NCBI GenBank assembly: GCA_013265495.1
Contig: MU058844.1
Coordinates: forward strand, 7,749,260-7,813,259
Length of the DNA stretch: 64,000 bases
Origin: Vicugna vicugna
Taxonomy: Eukaryota
Direction: 5' to 3'
Under the pieces are notes generated by a model. The model did not search any database, was not told the DNA's origin, and was given only the letters and a program-made list of their open reading frames with translations. The number at the start of each line of letters is the position of its first letter. The stretch's first letter is position 1. Positions 1 through 13,320 of this stretch are shown one piece after another. A program made the position numbers and the translations under genes.

Positions 1-1423
1 TAAAATTAATATTTAAAATAATTTCTTAAGTCTTTGTAAATACCAAAAAAAAAATTAAAGGTTGGGTTTAAATACAGAGGTCAGCGTAATAGCCTCATTT
101 TTCTCAATTATGTGAATAATTAGGTAATAGAAAAGACTTATTGAATTGCCCAGACACTTGTGTCAAATTGGCCAAGATTAACAGTATTATGTTCATAGCA
201 ATTGGAAGATATTCGTGACAGTACAGCCAAACTATTTTTCCTTCTATTTAAAAATCCATGTAGGTAGCTATTCACGCGTTCAACTGTAACAGATCTATAA
301 ACACAAGTCAGTAAGCCAGTGTGGGCAAAATTCAGCTAGACCCCAGTCTGGAGCTATGGATAAAAGGAATTATTTCTCTGTTTCCTGACCCTACTAAGAT
401 AAGAGAGGGTTCAATTTCAATGACACTTAATTCCCATGTGTTTCTCAAAAGCTTAGAGCAGAATTAGATATTGTTTTATCTAATGCCAAATTTATGTATC
501 CTTTCTTCTATACCAGCTGGTTGTTCAGGTTCAAAAATAAATCATCTTTTATTTAATATGAAATTTAAAGAAAGATTATTTCTGTAGTTTCTTTTCTTTC
601 CATTGATTTATTTTAAAACAAAACAAATGAAATGGTGCATACAATCAAATCTTTGAGAAAACACCTTCAATAAGGAATGTTTTATAAATATCAGGAATTC
701 TCTACAGGAATAGGAACATAATGAGATGTTATTTCTGAACTTAAATTGGAAGAGGATAAATTATAGGACAGTATTGTAAAGCTGATGCTATCACTTTGCA
801 AACCCTTAATTTTGCTGCCTGCCTAATTTAAATAAACCTGAAAAGTCAAGGCTATATTAGTCTCAAATCACTAAATTTATCTGGACTGAATAAAAAGACA
901 ATCACCCTCACACAGTCCCATCAGATTTCACAAAAAAGTCCTGAATTAATCTGTAAACAAAAATTGTAAAATTATATGAAGTTTCAGGCTTACAATAATA
1001 AAATTTAAGACACACTTATGTTTATTCCACCATCACAACAAAAACAAGTTGCCAAATTTTAACCTTCAAAATAACAAAGTCACAATTCCCAGACTTTGGT
1101 TGACATGTATTCCTTGAAAGGGCCTTCAGTTGTTATTTATAATCGACGTCAAAATCATTAAATTTTGTGGTAAATTTGGGGGTATGGTATTTATGAGCTG
1201 CTTAAAATAATCAGATTTTGGTCCTCAATCATTTTATCAGGTCTATACTGGCATTAACTCTCAAAAGGGAAAAAACAGTCTGCCAGTGGAATTGTTTGCC
1301 TAAAAACAAATACAATTGATAGCAACAGGAGGTTCTAAATAATCTGTTACTCAAATCTAGCTAAACTGAACCAGGAAGATAAGTCATTCATTATCATGTA
1401 TTTCTGTGATGAAACATATGGTG

Positions 1424-2303
1424 CAGCAATGTGTTTGGGCTGGCCCACAACAGATCACAGTAACTCATAAATTATTTGATTTTCAGGAATTTTGCAAGCT
1501 GGTTGTTAAACACAACTATTTTTGAAAATTAAATCATATAAATTTACAAGTCAGTAAATTTTATATGCATTAAATGCTCAAACCTCATCACTTCCTTATT
1601 GTTTTAGTATATCTTACTTTTGATATTATTTACCTTTCTTATTTCTCTATGGCAGAAAAATGAAGTGTGCCACTGCACACCGCTTCCTGATTTCATGATC
1701 TTTGGTATCATGTCAGGAGCTTGAAGTCAGCCGTCACAAGAATATTTACACCAGAGTAACTGGCAAACCAAGGCTTGATTGATTGCTTTACTAATTGTCC
1801 AGATTTGGGGGATGGAGAAAATGTTACTCTTGCAGAGTAAACTTAAAGTATATCATGGCTGTATCTGTTCTATTGCAAATAGCACACAATATCGAGGAAA
1901 TAGCCTTCCAGTATTAGAAAACCATTATCCAATTCAGCAAAGAAGTTGGTCATGTTATTGGCAACTTAGTGACGTATCAATGTATGTCTTTGTGGTTTCA
2001 CTTTGTCTTATTCTTAATGCAAATGAAAATATCAACCAACTGTCATGTTGCAGATACAATCTCTACCAATTGCAACTATAGCTTGTCTGTGGACACAACA
2101 AATTTGGCAAAAACCAAACAGAGCATTATGTGAGAATCAATCAAGTTACATGGAACTTACAATAAAGAGTATTATATACTTCACTATTTTTTGTAAACTG
2201 TCTGCCACACATCCTTTATATCTATACAATTTATAATCAGCTTATACATTTGCACTGTTTTGTTTTAGGAAAACCAGTTGTTGAGTTTTTACCAGGACAC
2301 CAG
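1424..2303 (-). mobile_element. MER63 (hAT-Blackjack DNA transposon), long form
   Basis: Reverse complement of the MER63 end (tttcaggaattttgcaagctggttgttaaacac; ctcatcacttcct; gcttgaagtcagcc...atatttacacca). Other end reads ccagttgttgagtttttaccaggacaccag. Explains ORFs 1779 and 2045. Confidence 0.8.
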
Positions 2304-2679
2304 AGATTCTGTGCCACTATCTTGTCCTAACATAGGTGGTGAGTAGTGTTTTAAAGTATGTTCTGGACCTGCGTAGAGAAGCTGAATCTGTTCCAAGTGA
2401 GTGGCATCTGGCTCTTCTGTAACTGCCACCAGAAGTCCCTGCTTGCCTGCTAAGGGGAGGAGTCATCTTCTCTGTCATAGCTGTGCCCATGGCTGATTGC
2501 ACAGGAAAATTTAAAATAAACTGAGGTAAACAAATGGTAGATAAGGCAATCATTCTGGTTGAATCATCTATCCCAATAGAAAGGGTTAATATTTCAAAGG
2601 CTATTAACTGAAAATTGCAATTCACTCAAGTTCTTCCGTCTTTCTCTCCTGCCATTCTCATTATTTTGTTTTTTTGTCT

Positions 2680-2995
2680 TTAAAATGGTTGACGCACCTC
2701 CCAATCATCATCTCCTCACACTGAAATGTGCGACAGAGGAATAACACACATCTTTTCCCTACTTTGCTTTTTAAAGGCAAGAAAAACTCTCACAGCAAAC
2801 TCCCGACAGACCTTCCCTCACTTGGCGCTGTATCGCTTACACGCTTCTAATTCAACCGATGACAAAGGGGACTGAATGGCCTCAAATGGTTCCCTTTCTG
2901 GGTCACACTCCCCTGAAACGCAAAGCATCCCAACACCTAAGCAAAACTGAAGTTAACAGGAGAAAGGGGGGTTTGTCACCAACAGTATCTACTTC
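2680..2995 (-). mobile_element. Old MaLR LTR fragment (MLT1J/K-like)
   Basis: cagcaaactcccgacagaccttccctcacttgg...gcaaaactgaagttaacaggagaaaggggg...caacagtatct resembles a reversed old MLT1. Confidence 0.55.
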
Positions 2996-3359
2996 AAGAA
3001 TAGTCAAACTTCAAGAACACTGTTTCTGAGACTTTGCGTGGAAGGTAGGGAGGGTTAAGGGGAAAAGAAACTTAAGCTTTGGTAAAAAGAACTCATTTAA
3101 TAAATTATTTAACATATGTATCAAATATTTTCTACCTATCATGCTCTTTACCAGATGCTGGGACCGCAAAGATTGGACAAGTAAATGAACAATTACGATG
3201 CATTGTGATAAGAATTCTAATAGGTCCATCCTCAGCTGGGTCATCCCAACACTGTGAATTGAAACAAAAACAAAACCTGTGACATCAGAAACCATAGATT
3301 TTAAAAATATCTTATGTGAGTATGGACTTTCTGATGGGTGGGTCCAAAGATATGAGAAC

Positions 3360-3480
3360 TTCAAACTAGGTTGAGATTCCCAGTTCTTTCCATAACTTCA
3401 CGCGTAACATTAAGCAAATTCTTCAACCGTTTGATTACTTAGTATCTTCATCTTTAAAAAGTGAATGTGTATTAAATCAA
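3360..3480 (+). mobile_element. MIR SINE fragment
   Basis: Decayed MIR core: ctaggttgagattcccagttct...gcaaattcttcaacc...agtatcttcatctttaaaa. Confidence 0.6.
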
Positions 3481-3699
3481 ATTTAGAAGCAAGAGGAAAA
3501 ACATAAATAATATACATGAAGTGATATCTTGTGGGACCACAATAAATGATAGCTATTTTTACAATAATGCAAGGGGTTTTAGTCTCCCCACCAAGAGAAA
3601 ACATGCATAAATTTTAAAGTACAGGAATACGAAAAGTGTAGAAATATTTTCAGCTAAATTGGAATAGTTGTATTAGATTAACTTAAAATTAGGGCTTTT

Positions 3700-3835
3700 G
3701 GTGGGGGTAGGTAGAGCACATGCTTAGCATGCACAAGGTTCTGTGTTCAATCCGTAGTACCTCCATAAATAAACAAATACATAAATAAATAAATTCATTT
3801 TTAAAAATAAGTACGTTATTAAAATTAAAAAAAAA
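3700..3835 (+). mobile_element. Vic-1-like camelid tRNA-derived SINE
   Basis: ggtagagcacatgcttagcatgcacaaggttctgtgttcaatccgtagtacctcca (tRNA-like head with B-box), (aaat)n tail, and decayed TSD 3685-3700 / 3831-3846 (12/16 identical) at a TT|AAAA site. Confidence 0.85.
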
Positions 3836-6800
3836 TAGAACTCTTGGAGTAAGGAAAGTGTATATGGAAACTAAAAAGCAAGAATACGAGAGAAAATTTG
3901 TCAGGGAATGCTCCATGTTAGCATCAACATACTTTCAGTTTGCTAAGATTTCACTCATTCAATTGAGAAGTATGTATTGTGTGAGATGCTTTTCAGATTA
4001 TCTGCTGTCTTCTCTAGTCAAAGATCATGTCCCTGGAGAAAAAGAAAAGGGAATCTCCTAATAGTGTGTAACATGATTGAATGAGTTTAAGAGTGAATGA
4101 ATGCACTCCTGCCACCTTATGGCTACAAGTCTAAATTACAGGATCAGCTTTTTAACATGAGCCAGACATTTCTTCTTTCTTGTTTGCTTTCTTCCTTTTT
4201 CCTTTTATCTACCACGTCTTAATTGCAGGCATCATGTACAACACTGTGCTAGGTTCCAGGAATGGAAATAATTTTCACCATGTTCCTGTCAAAGAATTAC
4301 TATCTAGTGAAAGAAAGAAATATACAACCCAATGCAACATACTAAATACTTCATTGGAGGCATGTGCATGATATAGGAGCCCACTGGAAGGCATATATAG
4401 TTTTTTAAAAGATGTAAGATGACTGTTTGCAATAAATAAAATATTTATAAACTGATTATCTGCCTCTGCTTAATTTAGAGAGAAGTAACTATACCTATTT
4501 GAGTATACTATATCTGCTTCAATAAAATCGCTGAAACATAAATTAGAAAAACACCACTTTCATTTCTTCAAAGGATTCATTATCAAGCATCACTTTCTAA
4601 ATCATTCAAATCACAACTGTCTATTAAAATTTAGTGATTCCCTAGGGATTAAGAATTCACAACAACTTAACCCTTGGAAACCTATGTCAGTGTTTGACCT
4701 ATCGTACTGGAAAAGACATCTTCTTTATGTGTGAATTCTTCTTTAATAACAAATAAAGTCCATTTTTTCCTTCAGTCCACACCTGGGAAGATAAAGAACA
4801 GGTGAGCAAAAGAATGTCACCTCAAAATTTTTTTGTATCCTAAGAGTGTTATTCATTCTCTTTTTAAAAATCTTTCTTATTTATCTTTCCAAAATAAATA
4901 ATGCCACCTCTTTAGATTATTAGCCTACAGTTTTCCCACTCCTCCAGTCATGTTAAATGCTCTCTAGCTTGTTTTCCCATTTCCTGAAATGCATGATTTT
5001 AAGCTGGACACAATATTCAAATAAAGTTCTCTTTTGAAGATTTTGTTTTAAAAAATGTTGTTTTAGAAGGGAAAGCAGAATTACTATTTTTTGGAAATTA
5101 ATAAAATAGACATAAATTTGGGGTGTTAAAATAACATTAATTATTTAAAAATCTAAGATGGAAAATCATTTTTTTAAAGTATTCCCTTATTGTAAAAAAC
5201 AAAAACAAAACACCCTAAAACCCTGAAGGCTATATGAGAGGTTATTTTACATTTCCAAGTGTCAATGTGTGGAAAATCACTATCACATACTAGCTTACTG
5301 AAAAATATAATTCTAAAAAAAACCTTCTATATGATTGGTTATATCAAGTTATAACTCCTTTGTGAGCGAATTTTGAAGTGTTGTACACTTCAGCTTTGAT
5401 TCGGCAGACAAACTATCCTATCTTACTTTTTTGTTCAGAATTCTAATTGTTGGTCTGTCTCCAGCGAGTTTAATTTTCTGTGATAGACTTACTGGCTAAG
5501 AGCACCAAACCTCTGAAAAGTTTATAAAGAAGTTAGAAAGTTTTGACACACAACCTTTATTCGTACATTCACTTATGCACAACTTCTACTCACACACATA
5601 AATTTGGGACACCTAACACAAGAAAATAAAAATAAAATTAAAGAATCAAAAACAAAGCACTATTAGAAGAGAAAGTCAACACTTAAAAAGAATTGCAGTA
5701 AACAAGCCATAACAAAGTATATAAAATTGAGCTTCATTTTTGGATTTAAGCAACTTGATAAAGTAGAAGGAGAAAAATGCGGTCACTTATGTAATTGTAT
5801 ATTTCAGAAAGTTTTTTTTGTTGATAGGATAGAATTGTACAGAAAACACTTTACATACTGCTTTAAAGCCCACAACTTTACATACTGCTTATATGGCAAC
5901 AACCTCAAACTATTCAAAAAGCAAAGACAGCAACAGAATTTTTTAAGACACCAGCTCTCATTAACACTAGAGCACAGCTCAGTGAATGTGCCCTGTGAAT
6001 ACAAGAGCCTGGCTTTCATACATGGGGCTGGTCACCTTGCGTGAACAAGCACACACACAATCAATATTTGAAATGCTTAAATTTCTTAATAAATATAATT
6101 TTACTGAATGTCCTCTCACTTCTGATAATCTCTCATTTTTTTCTTAGTATTTTTGCAATTGAAAAAATAGGGATTTCTTTATCTTTTTAGGCTTATAGCA
6201 AGAGACCACAGTTTACCTTCGATCTTTTTCTTTATGGGAACACTGAGAAAAACTGCTGGATACCCGCGTAACTAAAGATATTTCTTATCTGGGATAAGAT
6301 AAGAGACCAAGAGATAAAGCCCTCTGTCACTTTCAGCTTAAAGGAGCTTTAAGCAAAAGCCCAGCCACATTAGAGAGCAGATAATACAGGTAGCCCTTAT
6401 CATATTGTATGTTGCATAAATGCTAATAAAAACTAACATCTCTTACTTTTTGTTTGTTTGTTTGTTTCTAGAAAGTAAGCAATTCAATCAGAATGCTTGA
6501 AAGGTAATACACTTCAAAATAAATTAGGCAAGCGCAGAACCTCAGAACCTTTTCAAACCATCAATCCAGGATGACTTTGGTACCACTAGTTAGAATGTTA
6601 TCCAAGAAAATTGCTAATGTGATATCCTAGAAGTGAGTCTGATTTTCATTTATTTTCATTTATTCCAACTAAACTTGAAATATTTCTTTGTGAAGTTCAT
6701 TGCAGTGTAGCCTATGCCTTGTATGGACATACAATAAAGGCAGGGATTGTTTAATGCCCAAATGACTTTGCACCTTCATACACCCATATACATACTTTTA

Positions 6801-7055
6801 TTATTGTTATCACTTCTGTCTTCCCATCTCCAAGAGACACAAAAAATTTGGCATAATTCTACATATTCAGAACCAAAAAGCTTGCTATATTCTGTCTCTT
6901 GAATTTATATTCAATGTAATCTTGAATCTATATTCATTGTAAGGACAGATTTCAAAAACAATGAGGTAGGAGAGCTCTGATTAATTATGCACATTTTTTA
7001 GTGCTAAGGACTAGATTCCCTGCCCACATTTTAATAATTAAAAGTACCTAGGATC

Positions 7056-8492
7056 ACCCAGAATGACCAACACAATATTAAAGAAGGAGAACAAAGTTGG
7101 AATTCTAGTACTATCTGACTTCAAGACTTACTATAAAGCTACAGTAATCAAGAAAGGGCAGTATTGGCAAAAAAAAAAAAAGATTAATGGAATAAAATAG
7201 AGAACTCAAAAGCAGACCCCACAAATACAGTCAGCTAACTTTTAACAAAGGAGCAAAGGCAATATGATGAAGAAAAGATAGTCTTTTCAATATACAGTGC
7301 TGGACAACTGGAAAACCATAAGCAGAAAAAAGAAAAGAATGTAAACACAAACCTTACGCCCCCTTCATGAAAATTAATTCAAAATGGGTCATAGACCTAA
7401 ATGTTAGATGCAAAATTTATAAAATTCCTATAAGATAATATAAAAAAATCTAGATGGCCTTCGGTTCAGCAGTGACTTTTAAGATACAACACCAAAGACA
7501 TGATCCATGAAAGAAAAAGCTAGAAGTCATTAAAATTAAAAATTTCTGCTTTGTAAAAGACACTGAAGAAAATGAAAAGGCAAGCCACAGACTGAGAAAA
7601 TATTTGCAAAAGACACATCTGTTCAAGGACTGCTATATATAAAGAACTCTTAAAACTCAACAATAAAAAAAAGAAGAACTGGTTAAGAAATGGGCCAAAG
7701 ACCTCACCAAAGAAGAAAGACAGATTGCAAATAAACCTATGAAAAGATGCTCTGCATCATATGTCATCAGGAAAATGCAAATTAAAACAACGAGATATCA
7801 CTACACACCTATTAGAATAACCAAAATCCAAAACTCTGACAACACTGGATGATGTGGAGCAACTAAAGCTGTCATTCACTGCTGGTTGGAATGCTCTATT
7901 TGTAATTGCTAAAACTTGGAAGCAACTAAGATGTTCTTCAATAGGTGAACAGATAAACAAACTGTGGTACGTCCAGATAATGAAACATTACTTAGTGCTA
8001 AACAAACAAATAAAAAAACAAACAACTGAGCTATCAAGCCATGAAAAGACACAGAAAACTTAAATTCATATTACCTAGGGAAAGAAGCCAATCTGAGAAG
8101 ACTATACACTATGTGATACCAACTATGTGACATTCTGGAAAAGGCAAAGCTATGAAGACAATAAAAAAGATCAGAGATGGCCAGAGGTTAAGGAGGAAGG
8201 AGGGATGAAGAGAACAGAGGATTCGGGAAACAGGGAAACGAACTCTGTGTGATACTGTAATGATGGGTAAATGTCATTACACATTTGTCCAAACCCATAA
8301 AAGGTACAATGTACTACTAAGACTGAATCCTAATGTAAACTATGGACTTTGAGTGATAATGATGTCAGTGTAGGTTCATCAGTTTAATATATGTACTATT
8401 CTGGTGAGGGACATGGGGATAGGTTGTATAGTAGAAATCTCTGTACCTTCTGATCAATTTTGCTGTGAATCTAATTTTGCTCTAAAAATGTA
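7056..8492 (+). mobile_element. L1 (L1MC1-like) ORF2 C-terminal remnant and 3' UTR
   Basis: gacttcaagacttactataaagctacagtaatcaag; aaatgcaaattaaaacaacgagatatcactacacacctattagaat; 3' UTR cctaatgtaaactatggactttg...gaaatctctgtaccttc. Explains ORFs 7757, 7854 and 8404. Confidence 0.9.
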
Positions 8493-8849
8493 TTTTTCAA
8501 AAATTACCTCAGATTTATCCCCAAGTAGTCAGGTTTTCTGTGAGGCTAAAGGAACATTATTGAGAAAAACCCTAAGATTGTATGACTGGAAATTTAAAGG
8601 AATAATGTGTATGACTTGATTAATAAAGTTTAATTCCATTATAAAAATCAAATTTCACTTTATTATATATTGTATATGTTCTGATGGCAATGTTCTTGTT
8701 ATATAATAACAGTGAAATAATTTTAATAATAATATGCTAACATGTTTGGATATTTACTATTTATTTGCCAAAGAGTCAGTGAATGTGAATATTGTACACA
8801 TTGTTTCATTTAAATATTCACATTCACTGATAAATGTTACGTATTAAAA

Positions 8850-9160
8850 ATACCCAGGCAATGGAGTGAGAGGTTTGGGTGGGTTGATTTTAGATAGTAT
8901 AACCAGGGAAGAACTTATTGAGAAGGCAATTTTTGAGTAAAGACCTTGAGGATGTGAAGGTGTGAGTCCTGGGCAAAGATTATTTCCAAAAGAGGAAACA
9001 GGAAGTGTAAAGGCTCAGAGGTAGGCCTTAAACATCTGGCACATTTAAAGAAGAATGTGATCTTCAAAGATCTGAAAACTAATGAGGCACCAGACGATGT
9101 AGCCTTAGACTCCATCATAGTACTTTTGCTTTTATTTTGAGTGAGGCAGGAAGGTGTTAA
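8850..9160 (-). mobile_element. L2 fragment
   Basis: ttgagtaaagaccttgaggatg...aagaggaaacaggaagtgtaaaggctcagaggtagg is typical reversed L2. Confidence 0.7.
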
Positions 9161-9171
9161 GAAAGGGCTCT

Positions 9172-9227
9172 TTAAAGAACCTGGATTAAGAGTTTTTTGT
9201 TAAAGAACCTGGATTAAGAGTTTTTTG
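9172..9227. repeat. Perfect 28-bp tandem duplication
   Basis: ttaaagaacctggattaagagttttttg at 9172-9199 and 9200-9227. Confidence 0.95.
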
Positions 9228-9589
9228 TTTTTTTGTTTTTTAATTAGGAAGAGATATTGGATCAACTTTAAAATGAAGTATTTTATTAAGAGAATTTGCA
9301 CAAAATGCTCAAGCATTTTGTACATCTATCTTAGGGTAAACACAAAAATGGAAGTCAAGTTTAAGTGGATTATTTCAACTCGACAAAGGGCAGTGGACTT
9401 TAGGGGAAATAACAGCATATTCACCTTAAGGATTTATCACTGACTATCTTAACAAACTTACTTACTTATCTTGTTTATTCTCTGCCTTTTCCTCCAGGAT
9501 CTCCAAGTGCACCTAGCCCATATTAGATGCTTAATAAGTATTTTTGAGTAAATTATCTCAACAGAAGCCAATATTCTGCTTTAAAGTGA

Positions 9590-10800
9590 ACAATTAAAAA
9601 ACAAGAAAATGACACCTATTTTATCACCATGTAGTATTGTTCCAGGAGTTCTATATATGCTATAAAACAAACAATGATATACAACAATTAGAAAGAAGGT
9701 AAATTTGGTTTTTAGATGGTCATGATCATCTTTCTGTACAACCTACAGCTTTGTACAACAGACAAAAGTAGAATGAAAAAACATTGAAGTTCATTAGGGA
9801 TTTCAAGAAGATGACCAAGTATATGTAATTTATATCTTACTTATATTTGAGAATAAAATAAAAAGCTAGAAAACCAATTGACCTTAACATAACAGCATCC
9901 AAGATACAAAATATCTTAAGATAAAATTTAAAATAAATTATGTCATATGAATAAAACTATGAAAACTTAGTGAGAAACAAAAGAAAGCACTGATAAACTG
10001 ATGAGAAAATTCATTAGTAAGATGTCATTATATGCAAATTAGTTGCATATTAATTTTTGCCAGAGTAAGTTCCAGATCAATTACACCATGAAAAAAGATT
10101 AAACCACAAATAACTAGAAAAGATAGGAAAGTGATGGTCTCTCCAACATGAAAATGAAGATAGCTACTCTCAACATGAAAATAAAGGAAGAAACCATAAA
10201 GGCAAATTTTAATGTATTTAAACCATATTTTAAAACTTCTATTTAAAAATCATGTTAAGCAAATAGATACAAACAACAAACTAGGAAAAAATATTTGTAA
10301 CATATGGGAAAACCAAAGGCTCTTATCCTCATAGTGGAAATTGTACTGGGAAAAAAATAAGAAAAATTTGTTAACCTCCTATGTCAAGGAAAACAGACAT
10401 TCACAGAATAAATTAAAACAACCCTATAATATATAACAGTCCTTTTCCCTTACTAAGAACAAAGACATGTGCATAAAATACTGAGCACAGCTGAACCTAC
10501 ATTACAAAGGGAACCTGTGCACTATTTGTGGTACTATAAAGCAAGACTGCTTTCGGGAGACAATCTGGCAAAGTGTTTCAAAACTTTCTAAGTGTTCATA
10601 TGATCTATCCCATAGATGCACTTTGAAAAGTGTGTTCAGGAAAATGATCATAAGAATATAAGAATATTTTTATTATCTTTATCTAGAATTGTGACAAGAT
10701 GGAAACAATGTGAAACTTCGTATAAATAATGCTGTAAGCTTATATTCTGAAGACTCTGCAAGTGGAAAATTCTCATGATACAAAGTTAAAAGGAAAAGTG
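9590..10800 (+). mobile_element. Highly decayed L1ME-like ORF2/3' fragment
   Basis: A-rich with L1 landmarks: aacaacaaactaggaaaaaatatttgtaacatat; tttcgggagacaatctggcaaagtgtttcaaaac. Confidence 0.65.
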
Positions 10801-11074
10801 GACCTCAACATTGCACTCACTTATGAACTTAGTTTTACATAATGCAAATATGTATTAACTATTAGATGTACATAATATATGAACACCAAATTGAAATCAT
10901 TATTTTAAATGCTTTGACATGCTATTTTCCTTGATAAGCATAAACTTACTAATTTATTTTGTTTTTGAAATAGAAGTTTGCAAATACATTTTACATGAGA
11001 TGGGGTAGGGACAGATGGGAATAGAGTTGGTGTCGTCTTTCCATCCTAAGAAATATGGTGTTAAGTGAAGCAAG

Positions 11075-11305
11075 TGAGAAGGGTGATTCAAGAGTCAAAC
11101 TACTGGATTCAAACCCCAATAGCTTATCAGCTATTTGAACTTGGACAATCACTGAGAGTCTTCACCTCAGTTCTTTTACCTGTTAACTGGCAGTAGTAAC
11201 CATAGTGAGCTCACTGAGTTGTGGAAGAACTGAAGTAGTTAATACATATAAAGCCCTTAAAACCGTCCTGGGACAAAGCAAGCACCACATAAGTGTTAGC
11301 TATTA
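11075..11305 (+). mobile_element. MIR SINE
   Basis: agagtcaaactactggattcaaacccc...ttggacaatcact...cctcagttcttttacctgt...taagtgttagctattatt. Confidence 0.8.
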
Positions 11306-13029
11306 TTTCCCTGTTAGCACAACTCTACTGAACTGACTGAACCCTCAGGCAATCATTCCAATCCCCAATGTCTAGTCTCAGTATTGCGCTTTGAATATTT
11401 TTATTTTAAGGAGTGAAAATGTGTTATGAACATTATGCTGCAATGGTGAATGGCAGTGTAAGTCAAGTCAGACCAAACCAGCAACTAAATTTTATATGCT
11501 CTATGAAACCAAATTTGTCTCAGAGGAATAAATTTTTTAACAGATGCTTGAATACAATGGAAGGTGGATGGTGAACTATTATTTACTAGATTTCACAATA
11601 TGTGGTTCAATAGCTACAAACTTGCAGATGAAATCAGGATTATTGAAAGGCACACTCATTTAGAAATATACACATACTAGAACAACCTCCACCTTCTCAA
11701 TTGGCTGCTGAGGTCTCTCTCTGAATCAGACACAAAATCTCTGGATCGGAAATGACTGAATCAATGCACATTTTTCTCCTTTGTGTGTGTGCCATTTCTT
11801 CTTTTGAATGTATAATTGTAAACAGAAATATGGGTATTGATACAGTAAAAATTACGGATGGAATTTTCAAGCAAGTGGCAAGGTAATTTATTGAGCTATT
11901 AATTTATATTCTGTTCTCACTGAATTTTTCCATCTCCACATTCCCATAAGGTAGTCAGATCTTTTTGCCCCATTATCTCAGAAGAGGCTTGCAGTTACAG
12001 GGCTCAAAGCATTAACTGCCTGCAGATTCCCTTTCTCAGCTTTTGTGTTGTGAAAACTAGATTTCAAGAATGAGAGGCTAATGATAGGGTCAAGATAAAG
12101 AATATTTTGACAAGGGTAGGGACAAGCAAAATTAAAAGGGAAAATGCTGAGAGTCCTGACAACTAAGGGTGATCTAAGTCACTGGACCCTGAGAATAGCT
12201 GGGAACACATGTCCTGTCCCTGGCAGCACCCCATTATGTGGCAGGATTGCAGTATGGGCAGCATTTGGGGGAGTTGGATCTACCACTTGGAATTAGAAAT
12301 TTGGAAAAGATGTTCATCCCCACATTTGAGATAAAAGCAACCAAGAATATTACCCCCAAGCTTCAACAAGCAGTGTATCAGCAGGTACGAAGATAGACTG
12401 AAGGCTAGATGACCATCTTCTGTTTGCCTGGTTTTTGTACAACACCAGGAAGTCTGGGAGACTCTAATAATCAAATGACTGAAATTTTACTTCCCATAAA
12501 TTCTGAGGCTGATTTGATTAAATCTGCTATCTATATATATATGTATGTATCTGTATATGCATGTATGTATGGTATTTCTTGCCCATTTGAATTTATAGAC
12601 AATGACATAATTTATAAAAATGTAATATAAATATCAATATTGTTGCATATGAGAAGTACATTTGTAACACATACTCAATGTTCCAAACTTCTATCTGTAT
12701 GATTCCCAAGTTGTTGTGTGACTGAATGAGAGTTTATGCTGTGTCTTTGGATCAAAAGTATAAGAGTAACAGTAAAAAAAAAAAAGTATATATATGTATA
12801 TATATGACTGCATTCTATTTTCCACTATAAAGAAAATAGTAGGTTTCTCGTCCAAGTCACAAGTTAAATTGCCACACTGATTTTTTTTTTAAGGGAGCAG
12901 AGCTGAAGCTAAATCATACACTACTTGCTTATATGATGAACTATCTAGTGAAAGGAGTCATAATACTGGAATTTAGCACCACTTTATTATCTAGTGAGCA
13001 AGTTAAGCTCATTCTTTACAAAAGACTGC

Positions 13030-13320
13030 ATGATAGCATTGTAGAGTAAGTAACAAATCATTATGATTTCCTTTGCTATCCATTGAAGGAATGCTAATCA
13101 TAATTAATGTGCACGTAATGTGTAATTTCATAGGAGTGAAGCCATAAATTAGCATTAATTGTAAGATTTTCAATTCCTTCATCTATTAAAATGTTCAGCC
13201 ATTCCCTTTAAGTCCCAGCTTTCAAAGAACCACTTGGCCATTTTCTTACTTTCAAGGTGAATCTACGGTCTGCTGGGTCTTTCAATCAGTAAGAGATAAA
13301 GGGAAATGCAAATCGTTTTT
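13030..13320. promoter_or_regulatory. Candidate conserved non-coding element/enhancer rich in homeodomain and POU motifs
   Basis: ATGCTAAT 13091-13098 with its reverse complement at 13148-13155, TAATTA 13101, CCATAAA 13142 and ATGCAAAT 13306-13313, in a block with no recognisable repeats. Function is inferred. Confidence 0.45.

Noticed and set aside
2317..2625. Minus-strand ORF (MGTAMTEKMTPP...) as an exon
   Set aside because: No recognisable homology and no convincing donor site.
3700..3765. tRNA gene
   Set aside because: The cloverleaf and A-box are incomplete, and the A-rich tail and TSD identify it as a SINE.
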